This document shows positions 50,927 to 63,595 of a stretch of 64,000 nt of DNA, one piece after another (the first letter of the stretch is position 1; every line of letters starts with the position of its first letter). The stretch covers positions 424,567 to 488,566 of the forward strand of contig NMRA01000217.1 in assembly GCA_002633005.1 (NCBI GenBank). The letters are read 5' to 3'. The stretch is from Phoronis australis. Taxonomy: Eukaryota > Animalia > Phoronida. The translations under genes and the position numbers were made by a program. The notes beneath the pieces are model-generated. The model searched no databases. It saw only the letters and a list, made by a program, of their open reading frames with translations, and had not been told where the DNA came from.

Positions 50927-51639
50927 CATAGGCGGATTTAGGGGGGGGGCCCAGGGGGCCCGGGCCCCCCCCTTGGCTGCCGCAAAAAAAATAAAACAGT
51001 AAGAGCGTAGGGAAATGGTGAGTTTATTAATTAACCCCGGTAATTAAAATTATACGGATGAAAAANNNNCTCAGAAACTCGCAATACTCTCTTTGTCAAA
51101 CCTTATCTTAAGACGGTTTCCAAAGCAATCCCGTCATTGTTGCCAACACGAAAAATGGATTTGGTCTTTTGGGCATTTGAAGACTATTTCAAATACGAAA
51201 AATTTGTTAAGAATTGATGGCATAAAATATAAAACGTGTAATAAGCATTACAAAAAGAAGTAGGTTTCGCGCGCAAACGCTGTGGCCCATAAACAAGTAA
51301 GTCTTTTAGTATGATAGTTGCAGTTAAATCGTGGTGGTGTAGTAGTAACGTACGTGCGCTCTAACCGCCAGGTCGTGAGTTCGAGTCTTTGATACGTACT
51401 TTTTTTCCTGTTTGACACGTTCTCCGTGTTTTTTTTTGCCTTTTTTCTTGGATAATACTTCAGGAATCAAGGAAAATGCTTGATTTTTAGAGGTAAAAAC
51501 AGAAAAATTTCCTGGGCGGGAGGGGGGTTTGCCCCCATTCGGTGCTATGCGCATCTACAATCGTGGTTCAGTTTGCGCAAATGCTTCCGGGCGGACAAAA
51601 TGTTGGGCCCCCCCTTGTGATATCCTAGATCCGCCACTG
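50927..51639. mobile_element. Non-autonomous DNA element with CA(T/G)(A/T)GGCGGAT TIRs, G/C runs and a 5-bp TSD (hAT5-like, inferred)
   Basis: TTATA-cataggcggatttaggggg ... cctagatccgccactg-TTATA. Confidence 0.78.
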
Positions 51640-51728
51640 TTATAACATCCTCTAACCATGTAATAAGGGTTAACAACGTGTGAGAGCAGGATTTTAACCC
51701 TTTAAGATGACAGTAATGATGTTTTTAA

Positions 51729-53414
51729 AGGAGCATGCCACCCAAAAAACAACCTAATTTGTATCAATTTAGATCGAGTAGTTCTACTCCATAACGACAC
51801 GTACGGTTGCGTTACCTGACACCTGACGGCAGACGGAGGTGTTGAAATTATCCAATGGCGTCATCGGTTTCACACGCTGTCTGTTCAGCAGTTAACAACA
51901 CTGGTTACTGGTGTCAACTTATCGCTTGAAGTCTTCGTTTAACACCAATAAATCATCAAACTTCGACGTAAAACCCTTAAAAATACACCGAGTTCTTATA
52001 AAAACGTGTTGTTTTATTTCGCTCTTACGGATTTACATGTATTGGTATTTGGACACACCGTAGCCTACAAAGTTCGACAGGCCAATAAGGTCCGTAGCAG
52101 GAGTTTGGAGTCTGTTCGGAGATAATTTCGAAGTATTTCCGTGAGATACACACAGGAGAACGTAGATCTGTGTTGTTTAGACTTGTGATTTTTTGAGTTC
52201 TAAACACAAAACGCTTGTTATCCTGGCCAGTGGCTCGGAGCCCGATCAGGCCCGTCGCGGACCGGATAGACTCCGAGTCGTTATCCCGGCCAGTGGCTCG
52301 GAAACTGATCAGACATCACAAACATAAACCAGCCAAAGTTCAGTGGAAACTAAACTTCCAGTCAAGAAAATACTATACTAGTGAGCCAAAGTAATGTGCA
52401 ACTGATTATGTTGGTGAATTAGCCACGAAACTGAAAACTTTCTACTTACTCCTCGGGGGCCGCGAACTCAGGTTCCGCTTTGGCCACAGCACCGTCAGGA
52501 CAGAAGTTGTACATTGACAATTATTATTTGAGTAATGTAAATGTAAATAAAGATTCCACTAACACCTGGCCGTGGGATGGAAATCGAGTTGTTTCACAAC
52601 CGTTTCTGCCAGCAAACACTAAATTAGCATGAGCTCACACGGCCTCGTGTCCCGTCAATTAGTTTTATAAAGCCGGTAACGCAGTGATTTATTCATTGCT
52701 GGCTTCTCAAATCATTTGCACTCACGAACACTCCAACGGCATTACAAATTGCATCTAATGAGACATACTTTGTTTCAGTTTTATATAAGTATTGGTTAGG
52801 GTGAGAATAATTCATTTCGAAACAGACCGCTCAGTAATAAACACCAACATGGCAACTCGCAATCCCCGGCGACTTCGGACGAGCTAGAGCTCAGTTCCGA
52901 CTTCGCAGGTGGATCGTTAAGTTTTACAGGCTATCAATTCGAACAGCAGGAATACAGTGATGAATAAATACTAGAGAGGCGCCGTGAACAAGCACAGACA
53001 ACGGAACGGATGGAGTTATTTGGCAAGCCGGCATTTGTCAGGCACTGTCGACGTCTGCAGGTCACAGACACGGAGATGTTTCACGGCCTCATACTTGCTA
53101 TTTACAGCGTGCATTTCATTCTTCACTACCATGAGCCCCTCCCTAAGCATTTCGGACTCTCGAGGAAGTACAAAAAAACGATATACCCGCTTTCCTCGCA
53201 GCTGCTTAGTTCGGACAAGCGGGAACGATGCACCGCAACATAGCGACATTCACTCTGCATATGAACCACTGACGTCGCTAGCGTCGTTTCTCACTTTCCT
53301 CACAGGTTAACGCGACACCTCTTGGCAAGGTAAGGTCGACCGTATGCGAGGCGAAGTGGATATAGACCGATTTAGACGGCAAAGAAGACTAATTAAATCG
53401 GGTGGCATTCTCCT
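51729..53414 (-). mobile_element. Kolobok-like non-autonomous transposon, copy 1, with a THAP-domain pseudogene (about 53050-53241, minus)
   Basis: TTAA-aggagcatgccaccc ... gggtggcattctcct-TTAA; MLRCIVPACPN*AAARKAGISFF(fs)VLPRESEMLRE...KHLRVC is a THAP zinc-finger pattern. Confidence 0.85.
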
Positions 53415-55917
53415 TTAAGAAGGCACCAGTTTAAATTTCATTTTGAGGCCTTCGCATTGCTAACTCATACTTGAATCAATGAGTCCGAGATAGCGTGATT
53501 GAATCGGCAAATGAAATCTTATACAGGAGAATTTAGAAGAGACGAAAGGGGCCCGGGCCACCTAGGGTGACCTAGTAAGAATGACACGGATATTATCGTT
53601 TTAGGGCTTGTTTTTCTGAAATTGTCATTGCCTACCATGTAAGATCTTAAAAAATTAGCAGTAAGCATAAGAGCCCTGAGATTAGGGTGTAGAATTGAGA
53701 ACCCCTCGCGTCACGAATTTTTGAGGCAACACTCCCATAACAGCGACCACATTAATTTCTATTGAATACGTTTGCCACCAATGCTCGAGGGGATGGGTGG
53801 AGAGGAACTCGTGGCAACCAAGGGGGGGGGGCATGGTCTTTCACGCTTGTTCTATCCATTCTTGCACTCCACCTTCCTAGGCCTATGATTAGGGCACTGA
53901 ATTTAATCTAGGTGCGATGTTAACACAGAGTAATCCGAAAAAACCGAAACTGGTCTCGACCACCTAGTGTAGTCAGCTTGTCAGGTGCTACAACCCGGCT
54001 TATATGGAATGGAGTCAAACGGTGGAAAATAACCCTGATAACTTTAATAAGTTGTCCTACTGACTTCAAAACAAGATTTAATAGTCGGTCCATGGGAGTC
54101 AGTGTATCATCGTAAAATACTTTACAAATTACAAAGCGAACTTGAAGGATTCCTTTAATTATACCCATTTGCTAAGAATCTTTTCTGCGTTGCAAACCCT
54201 GGGAACTTACCAGTGCTTGGACATCCTTGCAAAATCGCTCTCGAGTGGGGCTATTGATCTATTTGCACTCAAAGACTCCCATACTGCAGACCTACTTCTC
54301 AGAATCCTTTCAGTTTCAGAGTTACATGTACTCTGCAGTCTGATAATTTTTAGCCATTTCTGTTTGCGTTCCATGACCTTTGGATTTTTTGTAGCAGCGC
54401 ATGCGTTATAACAATGTTCACTATTACGTAGTATTAGAAGCGTGCTTTGGCATTTTTGCACATGTTGAAATTTATTGTTTTCCTGAACTTGATACCGTAG
54501 AAAAGCACAGGCTAAGATGGGGTTAAGGGGTATTTTTAGATAAAACGCGGCTCATGGGCCTTTAAGACGACATGCATTACGGCGTTTTTCCGTTGCTCCC
54601 AACTCGTTCGATTCTATAGCCCAACAACAAGCTGGAAAAATCAACCCCGTAGCCAATATCTTACACGACTGAGTAACTCCATTCTGCCATTTATGGTTGG
54701 AGGGCCGGTCTCATTTGTTCGATAATTGCTCTAATCTCCTATCAGATCTTATCTAGCCTGACTGGGCTGTGCTGCTAAAAATGAAAGTTAAGTTATAACA
54801 CATTTGAACATAAACCAATAGCATTTTGGAATTCCTTGTCAAATGCTCATCATGTTTAGTTTTTGAATCACCAAAATCGCCCAACTACAACAGAAGTTAA
54901 GACAATCCATTCTGCCAGGTTTCAGTAACCCTTTGAAGCCTGGGAGATAATTGGCCTGTTGTCATACGGGACAATAGACTGTGCTGGGCAGTCAACAAAG
55001 GAGCCACATGTTATCGCACGTTCAGAACCCCTCACGTCTGGAAAAATTGCTGAACGACAGAGCGCCGTCTTGAGATCGCAAAATAAAAAGGAGGTCCACC
55101 TTCCCATCACAACATTTTCCTTCCCAGTTCTCTTCCCTCCCTCGCATTTGTGGGTCTGTCCTGCCAATCACAAAGGTCTGACTATAGTTACGAGGTCCAT
55201 TCCCATCAGCAGTGTATTAGCGCTATAAAATCGCCTGTAGAATAAACTGCACGTCATTTAAAAAGGATACTAGACCCCATATTGATGATTTCAAGCAATT
55301 TTTGTTCTGTCACTTGCTAATGCATCATTGATGTCAGAGTTGAAAGATAAAGCAGGAATCAACTAAAAACTTATAACCCCTACCTTACAAATTGGGTATT
55401 TTTCCTTTAACTTGAAATTTTAACAACCGTCAGCTGCTCGTCCCTTAGTCAAGTTTTCTCCCACAAAGCAAAAAACATAGACAAAGCTCATTTTTCTTAT
55501 ATGGATAATGTGACCTTTGGCCTTGGATGTAAACAAAACTAATGCGATTTTAAGCAGCTGCCAGTATGACGTCTTCGAGCGCAGGAGCGCAACCCATGTA
55601 CATGTATATTATTAGGTGAGGAGATTTTGAGAACTGGATTGGGATGAAAGCATAACTTTAACGGAATTTTGTTATTTTAGATGTACTGGTCTAACCATAG
55701 TCCTAGCAAAGCCTTAGTTAGTAGAATAAGAAAACGCGAGCTCAGAATCACGCAAATGTATGCCCGCCAAATGGTAGGTGAAACTGCAATTTCGTGCCAT
55801 GTTGCGTCACCGCGAGATCCCAGCACAAACAACAAAAGGCCGTTAACAGTTTTACTGAATAGGGGTCCAAATAGAACACCATTGCGTGCGGGTATAATTC
55901 CAAACTGTTTAAATTAA

Positions 55918-56187
55918 AAGGCGTTTCACGCGGTGACGTTGACAAAAGCAAGCCAATACGCCCAGCAGTTCGTTACATTTGACAATCTAAGGCACTATTT
56001 GGTTCAGTGCGATGCTCTTAACATACAATAGGAACCGAGTTTACAGGTGTTTTGTTTTTTCAAATATAGCAAATCTGACGATTTCTCTAGAAATTCTTGC
56101 AATAGTCAATGTGAATAACTGTCACGTTAGCATCCCCAAGAACAGTTTAAATGGTATTTTTTACGAGTTTTCGCGTTCCACGCCTCT
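55918..56187. mobile_element. Small TTAA-flanked MITE (Kolobok-like)
   Basis: TTAA-aaggcgtttcacgcg ... cgcgttccacgcctct-TTAA, imperfect TIR. Confidence 0.5.
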
Positions 56188-57882
56188 TTAAATTAATTTC
56201 ACAGTCACCTAGCTGCATTCAACGTTTAAACAATTGTTAAATTGTCAACGGGTCAACCGTACTTTCGTGGAAAATTGAAGTTAAATTTTGCCGTAGGGAT
56301 TGAGAACTGCACATTCATTTAGGACAATATTTTGCTGATACGGTGGTTCGAGGTAAGTTTAGTTAGTTTGAAAGAATGTAGATTGAGAGGTTTATTGTAA
56401 GATAAAGTAATAATGTACAAAAACGACAGTATAGTAGTATATAAAATATTTTTCTAACCTAACGAAGATGGGCAATAAAAAGTGCCATTAATTTATTCAA
56501 GATGGGGAAATTAAACTCGTGGCCTCACAGTTGTGCACGTACTATTGCCCACGAGACCACTGATCATCTACTCATCCAGGATAATTACTGCGACTGAAAA
56601 ATGACAGTGATGAGATGTTTTCTTCGACCTTGAACATTGAGATGCGAAGTTCAAGACGTCTTCACCTCCAGCGCGACACTCACATCAGTCATAGAGTACT
56701 GGAAATTTAATAGTTACAAATGGAAACACCAGGTTAAAAGGTTGAGAACACTGTTGAATGTACTCTAGTTGTTACATGTACGTGTACGGTGGTGTGGACA
56801 AACTCATAACATAGAAAAAAGACATATCTATCAATCACATTGTTTGTTCTTTGGCGATGACAGAGCACATTACAGGAGAAAATGTGTTCGCTAGTCGCGT
56901 GTGACAAGAACGAGTTGCCATGGCAACAACAGTTGAGTGCGGGTATAAACATGAGGGGCACACATGGAAACGGACAGTTGGAAACAATTCACACAGGTAA
57001 TTTGTGCATTATAGGTAAACTGAGGTAAGTGACTGGCTTTCGATAAACTTCTTTTCATTTTCCTAATAGAGAGCACGACAAAATAGCTTTTGTTTAAACA
57101 ATGGAATTGTCGCCCTTTCATTCCCCAAAGAATTTAAGATTTGAAGCAACACAAGACTAAAGGTTATACCTCTTAACTATATTGCCGCTGTAAGTTTGCT
57201 GTTTGTATGCAGTGAGGGTGCGACCTCATTCTCTGTAAACAGCGTATCGCCAGCTAGAGAAAATGGACGAAAAGTTATGGGTGTATGATTTGAGAAATCT
57301 CAACAAGAAGTCAGTACACCAAGCCAAATATCAGCAAAACTACTCGTTTTTTCATTTCCAAATATCGTTAATCTTGGAGATTTGATTTTGGACTTAACGC
57401 TAACCTACCTATTGCAGCTGACCCGTGACCATGTTATTCCACTAGTCAGTGTATTTACACAGTTTTTAGCTTCTAAAGAAGGAAAAATGAATTAAAACCC
57501 CTTAAAGCAGATATAAACCTACCGTCTATTACACCTTTTTTCAAAACTTGGGCTCAAAATTTTCCTCAGTGAAAACAGGTGTGATTTGGGCTTTGAAAGA
57601 ACTGTCTCTTTGTTATTGCTAGAATTTTCCGACAGAGTGATAAAAATTACAAATGTGCTCCTCCGACAGATAACGCGTTTGTTCTCACTTTAAGTTTAAT
57701 AAAACGATCCCAAATAGAATTCGCTTTCCGTCAACAACAAAACCATCAGAACCATCAATTACTCAAGTAAACGCTTAAGATTATTAGTGGGTGTTGTCAA
57801 ACTCTGAAATCTCGAATTCATAAATAGCACATCTACGCATTGCCGTCTCATTCCGCAACAGTTTTGGATCTAATATATTTAA

Positions 57883-59315
57883 GGAGAATACCACCAAAAA
57901 CAACGTACTTTGTATCAATTCATATCGAGTAGTTCCACTCGATAACGGCAAGTTCAGTCCTTTTTCCTGACACCAGACGGCAGACGGAGGTGCTGACATT
58001 AACCAATGACGTCACAGGTTCTAACACAAGCTGTTAATCAGTTCTCCACACACTGGCTTCATCACTTTACACCAATAAATCACTAAAAGGCGATGCAAAC
58101 CCCTTACAAATACAATAATTTCTTAAACAAACGAGTTGTTTTATTTCGCTGTTACCGATTTATAGAAATTTTAAACGTACCATAGCTTACAAAGTTCGGT
58201 AGGCCAGCTTACCGAGGTCGGTCGCGGAAAGTTTACAACTGTTCGGTGATAAATTATAATTATTCTTCGTGAAATACAGCCAGGGCAGCATAGCCGGGTG
58301 TTGTAATTTTAGACTTACGAATTTTTTTCAGTTCTAAACACAAAAGAGGCTCGTTTTAACCCAGTTGCTCGGAATCCGATTAGGCCTGACGCCGGCGGCA
58401 GGACTGGAAACATCGCGAACATAAACCAGCCGGCTGCCAAATTTGAAAATTTTAATTTTAAAATTTTAAAAACTTTCAGATACGAAAAGACTAGATTAGT
58501 GAACCAAAGAAGTAATGTGCACGTAAATATTTTGGTAAAACCGCCGTAACATTACAAATCTACTTTCCTGTCGGGGGTCGCGAAGCCAGGTTCCCCTAAC
58601 ACAGAACCGTACAGTGCAAAAGATGTGCAGTAACATGATCCGAATAATGTTTATATACAGACATATCAAAAAGATTCCCTTAACGGCTGACTATACCATA
58701 TAAAATCGAGTTCTTGATCTACAACAGGTTTCTGTCAGCGTTCAAAATTAGCATGCACCCACACAGCCTCGGGTGCCTTGTCAATTAGTTTTATTGCATT
58801 TGAAGCCAGTAACGCACTATAATTTATTCATTGTTCGTTTCTCAAAACATTTGCACTCACGACCACTCCAAAGGCATTGCAAAATGTATCTACTTCCAAG
58901 ACACTGTTTCAGCTTCATTAATCGTGGGTTAGGGTGAGAATAATTCATTTTGAAATAGAACAATGACGGCCACAAACTCGGACATATTTCACGGCCTCAT
59001 ACTTGGTATTAACGTCATGTTTTCATTCTTTACTACCGCAAGCCACTTCCGAAGCATTTCGGGTTGGCGAAAAAATCGAAAAAAAAAAACGATATTCCCG
59101 TTTTCTTGCAGCTTCGGAGTTCGCGCAATCGGGAACGATGCCCCACACCATAGCGGCACACACTCAGCTCAAGAACCACTGACGTCGCTGGGCACTCCTC
59201 TCCCTCACAGGTTGACGTGACACCTGTCGGCGAGGTAAGATCGATCGTATACGAGGTGGTGTGGATATAGATCGATTAAGACGGTAAAAAAAAATTAAAT
59301 CGGGTGGCATTCTCC
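57883..59315 (-). mobile_element. Kolobok-like non-autonomous transposon, copy 2, with a THAP pseudogene (about 58962-59151, minus)
   Basis: TTAA-ggagaataccacc ... gggtggcattctcc-TTAA; collinear with 51729-53414; MVWGIVPDCANSEAARK(fs)..FFRFFRQPEMLRKWLAVVKNE(fs)..KYEAVKYVRVCGRH. Confidence 0.85.
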
Positions 59316-60374
59316 TTAAAGTGTGGACTTGATTTCAAACCCCAATACGCTCTGATATAATAGTCAACATTAACAACTCAACAGCTGCAAAATCATCCTT
59401 TAAATTTGAAAAAAAAACACGTTTTTGAGAGGCGCTCATTTGAAGGAATAGCATGATCAGATGCCCGTTTCATGGACCTTTTCCTGTCTCAACTTAGACT
59501 GCAANGTGTGTGTGTGGGGGGGGGCTCAGATCCCATTTTAAGTGTCAAATTCGGAACACGGCGCAATAGTAACGGAACTATGGCTAAGTACAATGTATAG
59601 GCTCTCCGGTGGTATCCCAGGCAACCGGCAGTGGCGCTGGGCACTACGACTCCGTTTCCGTCGTCTGTTCCACTGTGCAATGAAGAAAATTGCTTCATTT
59701 TTCGAGTCATTTTGTCTGACTACTTCTGACTTGTTTTGCATACGTAGTAAAGTGCACGATAATGCGGAAATGAAGGGCTTGCTCCAAATCGCAAAAATGG
59801 GCAAACACGGCTTTGATATGTGCACTATTCAAATTCCACAGATACGACACCTTTTGTTGACATTCACCTACATGTATTTTTAAAATTTGTAAAATATGAA
59901 CTGATCGCAACTTTCGCGAGAATATGTGTTCTCAACTTACATGTGGAAGCATTTGATTTTTGGTCACCCTGTATCAAGAGTTGTGACAATATTCAAATTG
60001 ATGCTCCCTCGTACCAGATTATTTAACCCATTAACAATTGCCTGAGTAAATACACTTTTAATTGCAACTTATGAACTTTAGAAAAAAATATGCGTCCGAT
60101 ACATATGGTGTGATTTGAAAAAGACATCATTACTAGTGTGTATCTCAAAAAGACTTAAACATTACTGTTCAATGTTATAGTGCTAGAGCGTGCCGGCTAG
60201 AGCCGCATGCAGTTGTAATGTCATGCTAAGCTTTTACGAAAACACTCGTGGTGAGCGGTCCATGGCGTGGAACGCTGCAAACGCGCAAAGAGAATTGTAC
60301 GACCTTTGAATCTACTTTTTCAGATACACCGCGGCGAGGAACAGAACACTACCTCCATACTAAATCTGCGACTC

Positions 60375-61316
60375 ATGGTTTCAGAAAACATTTTGGAAAT
60401 GTCGAACTCCACGACGGAAATGGTCATATCAAACTTCTCTACGGATAACAAGTATGTGATAGTCCCTCCATCGACTGCAAGCTTGGTGGCAGTAGGCATG
60501 TTTGCTTGTGCTGGACTCTTACTCAACACCGTTTCTTTGTCTGCCATTTTCCACGCCAGACCTCTAGAGTCTGCTTTGCGACTGTTGCTAAGTTTGGCAT
60601 GTTCAGACATTCTCACAGACATTGCCTATGTCGTCCAGATAATATTTACTCACATTCTTCCGCCAGGGCTGCCTGGATTGTTCGTTGAGATTTTTTTTTT
60701 AGTTACATCTTTGGTTTCTGTTTTCTTCAATGCGGTCGCTATCTCCTTGGATAGGTACGTTTGCATCATTTATCCACTTCATTATCACTTAATGGTCAGC
60801 GAGAAGAAAGTTACATATGGAATCGTTGTTCTGTGGACATCCGCCATCCTTATTGGCTCCATCTGCGGTACACTATGCTTTGTTCTACCGTTACATGGCG
60901 GAGCTGTCGCTAACATTGTGCTCGTGACAATTGTAGGTCTCCCATTGATCTCCATGTTCGTTTTATATATCAGAATCGGAATGGAGCTGAAGAGACTTCA
61001 ACAACAGCCTGGTGCAATGCAACAAACAAGATCTTCAAAAGGGGTCGTTACTGCTGCCTTGGTAATTGGAACTTATACAATATGTTGCATCCCGACCTCA
61101 TTATATGTCATCATTTTACAGACTCATCCCTCGGTAGCCGTACACTTTAACATTCCACAATATGACATTTATAATATATTTGCTTGTCTCAACCTTTTCA
61201 ACACCATTGCTGACCCATGCATCTACGTTTTCAGAAATGCCAGGGTTTTAGCTGGTTTTCGCAAGATAGCAGCAAAGTGTCGGTGCGAAGTCCACAAGGT
61301 GTCGCCTTTGCAATAA
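60375..61316 (+). CDS. Intronless orphan class A (rhodopsin-like) GPCR, about 313 aa (alternative start 60399)
   Basis: Seven hydrophobic segments; GLLLN (TM1), LSLACSD (TM2), AISLDRY..I..PLHY (TM3/ICL2), W in TM4, CCIP (TM6), NTIADPCIY (TM7), FRK..KCRC tail; N-glycosylation sequons NST and NFS. An upstream acceptor tactttttcag (60323) suggests a separate 5'UTR exon. AATAAA at 61613. Confidence 0.93.
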   Translation: MVSENILEMSNSTTEMVISNFSTDNKYVIVPPSTASLVAVGMFACAGLLLNTVSLSAIFHARPLESALRLLLSLACSDILTDIAYVVQIIFTHILPPGLPGLFVEIFFLVTSLVSVFFNAVAISLDRYVCIIYPLHYHLMVSEKKVTYGIVVLWTSAILIGSICGTLCFVLPLHGGAVANIVLVTIVGLPLISMFVLYIRIGMELKRLQQQPGAMQQTRSSKGVVTAALVIGTYTICCIPTSLYVIILQTHPSVAVHFNIPQYDIYNIFACLNLFNTIADPCIYVFRNARVLAGFRKIAAKCRCEVHKVSPLQ

Positions 61317-63370
61317 TCAGTTTTCTGTGAAATCTTCTCACTTAGCTTATCAGGATGGCACATGTTCAGCGTTTCAAAATACCTGATCTAAATGCATGTA
61401 AAGCTATGCTAATCATTCAAATAACCATTTCGTCAAAGCTTACAATGCACGCACTATGCAGCCTACGTGAAAATGTATATATACAGGTATTGGGCTTACA
61501 TCATTTGTGAACCCAAAAATACCACAAAAACTGCATTGTTTCTGTCGTCATCTGAGGGCCTGCCGCATCAAAAGTAATTCTTTGTACCATCATTTTTCAA
61601 ATACATTGTTCAAATAAAGACTCTACATTCGTTCAGCCACGTGTAGATTTCCGTTTAGGATGTACAGGACCCTAGAAAACTTCAGAACGTCTAATCTCGG
61701 GAATGATTGATCAGATACTTTAACGACCGAGCTTATCACAACCGAAGTAAAACAATGACTGATACGATAGCTCACATAATCAGACTCTATGAAAACAAAA
61801 TTGCGGGAAATTCTAAACCCCCTAAACGTCACTTCCGGATAGGGCATGATTAATTAATTAAATTATAGGAAGCCGTAATTAACTGAAAAATATGTGTGGG
61901 ATAATCAAAGAACCGTATTTTTACTACAAATAGGTGTCTTTCTCCTTTAAGGATTCGGATGGATGACGTCTTATTTGACATCTTGACCTCTACCTTAGAT
62001 ATCCAAGACGAGTTAACAAATCGATTTTTGCATTGCGCTAGCTGGGATCTTGACAATGAATTGCGTATTACTTTTAAATATACCGAGCAACTGGCGAAAA
62101 TTGAGCGTGTTCATTTAAATGCCACCGGGACTTGAAATTTGTTTTCACGCGGAAGCATTCGCTTTATCAGTTCTCTATCCATAGACCCTGGGGTCCTACC
62201 CTCCACTTGAATAACAAGTCATTTCAAACATTTTGCTATTACATCTAAAACCGAACCCGCAAAAAATTTTATCTCGTAAAAATAATATAAACTGAGCGGC
62301 AACGCTTATCAATTAATTATGCATATGACATTTAAAACTATGGAAAACAACTGTTAAGTACGGTGTGGAAGGCTAGAAATTTAAATCTGCTAATTATACT
62401 GATTGCCATAGACCTGTCTTGCGCCAAAACATACTTTTAGTTTAGAACACTCCTCGTAATAAAACTGGGCCGTGATCTCAAAACTTTGCTATCAAATCGC
62501 TCATTTCGAAAACAGGCCAATCACGTCGCGCTGAACAGTGAAATGCTGGACGCGTAAGTCCCGACTGGTAAATTTTAAAATTTTTTAAGCCAAGTTTTGA
62601 GCAAAGTTTCTGTCTCATCTTGCGGCTTAATCAGAGGAAGAGTGATTCGAGCACCCTCTGTATTCTAAGACCATCAATCTCTTATAATCTGGCTTAAGAC
62701 AATTTTATAGAACTCGTCGATATTGTAGAAAATATAAACCTTGCGTTGGTAGTTTTATTCTTGATTTACGATTCCGGCCTGCCAAGACAGTCCTCATAGG
62801 GCTTAATCCCAGAATGTAATTTTAATGCACCCTGAGAACTGTCGACGTTCAGCTCTTATTATTCTCCAGACATTTTGCCAATCAAAACCTTAATCTAGTA
62901 CAGTACATGCTTCTACACTGTAGCATCTTTATTTATTACGTCATTCCGCAGATAAATAGTGATGGACATGCACCTACTCAAAGGCGTCGTCGTCAGCTAC
63001 ACGAAGTGAATCTCTCTCTGTGCATTTTTATTTTTGTTTTATTGACTTTTAAGGAATTGATTCGTATGCGGTACACGCGCGTACATGGATGTATAATTTG
63101 TTATAAATGCCCATGTCTGTAAAATGTCTGTAGTATTCCTCGTGTTCAATATATTGGTGTTTGTTATCAATCTTGTTTTGTATAAACACGTATCTCGTGG
63201 CGAGCCTCGCTTCGAGTTAGCTTTTGTCAGGCAGCTTGTTGGCGTCGCCAAAAAGATTACGATCGACGGGCTGGCCATTCTGAAGAACTTGAAGAAAAAC
63301 AAGTCTTGAATTTCAACAAAAATTTCAAGACATGGAGCCGATATACTTCGCGGAATACGTGGCAAGTTAA

Positions 63371-63591
63371 GAGGCAGTCCATATAAAAACCAGTAGATCT
63401 TCAAAAATCAGTCTATACGTCAAAATTCAAAACAACTTCCTTTTTTGTTCATGGATAGGCATCCTAAAAAAATATAAATGCCACATTTTGTGCACTCATT
63501 CACCCCTAATTTCACTGCTGGAGCTCTAGACCGCAATTGGTCACATTAGCCGTCTCCAAAATTGTATGTTTTCAGCTACATAAGTGACTTA
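63371..63591 (+). mobile_element. Second (inverted) terminal segment of the Sola3-like family
   Basis: TTAA-gaggcagtccatataaaaaccagtagatcttcaaaaatcagtctatacgtcaaaatt... is the reverse complement of about 27630-27857. Confidence 0.88.
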
Positions 63592-63595
63592 TTAA

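Noticed and set aside
54207-54461. Possible third THAP relic (RKQKWLKIIR ... VCS)
   Set aside because: Only two weak motifs in different frames and no bounding TIRs that I could confirm.
60267-60374. N-terminal 36-codon extension of the GPCR ORF in the supplied track
   Set aside because: Begins at GTG and spans a likely splice acceptor at 60323; the first in-frame ATG is at 60375.
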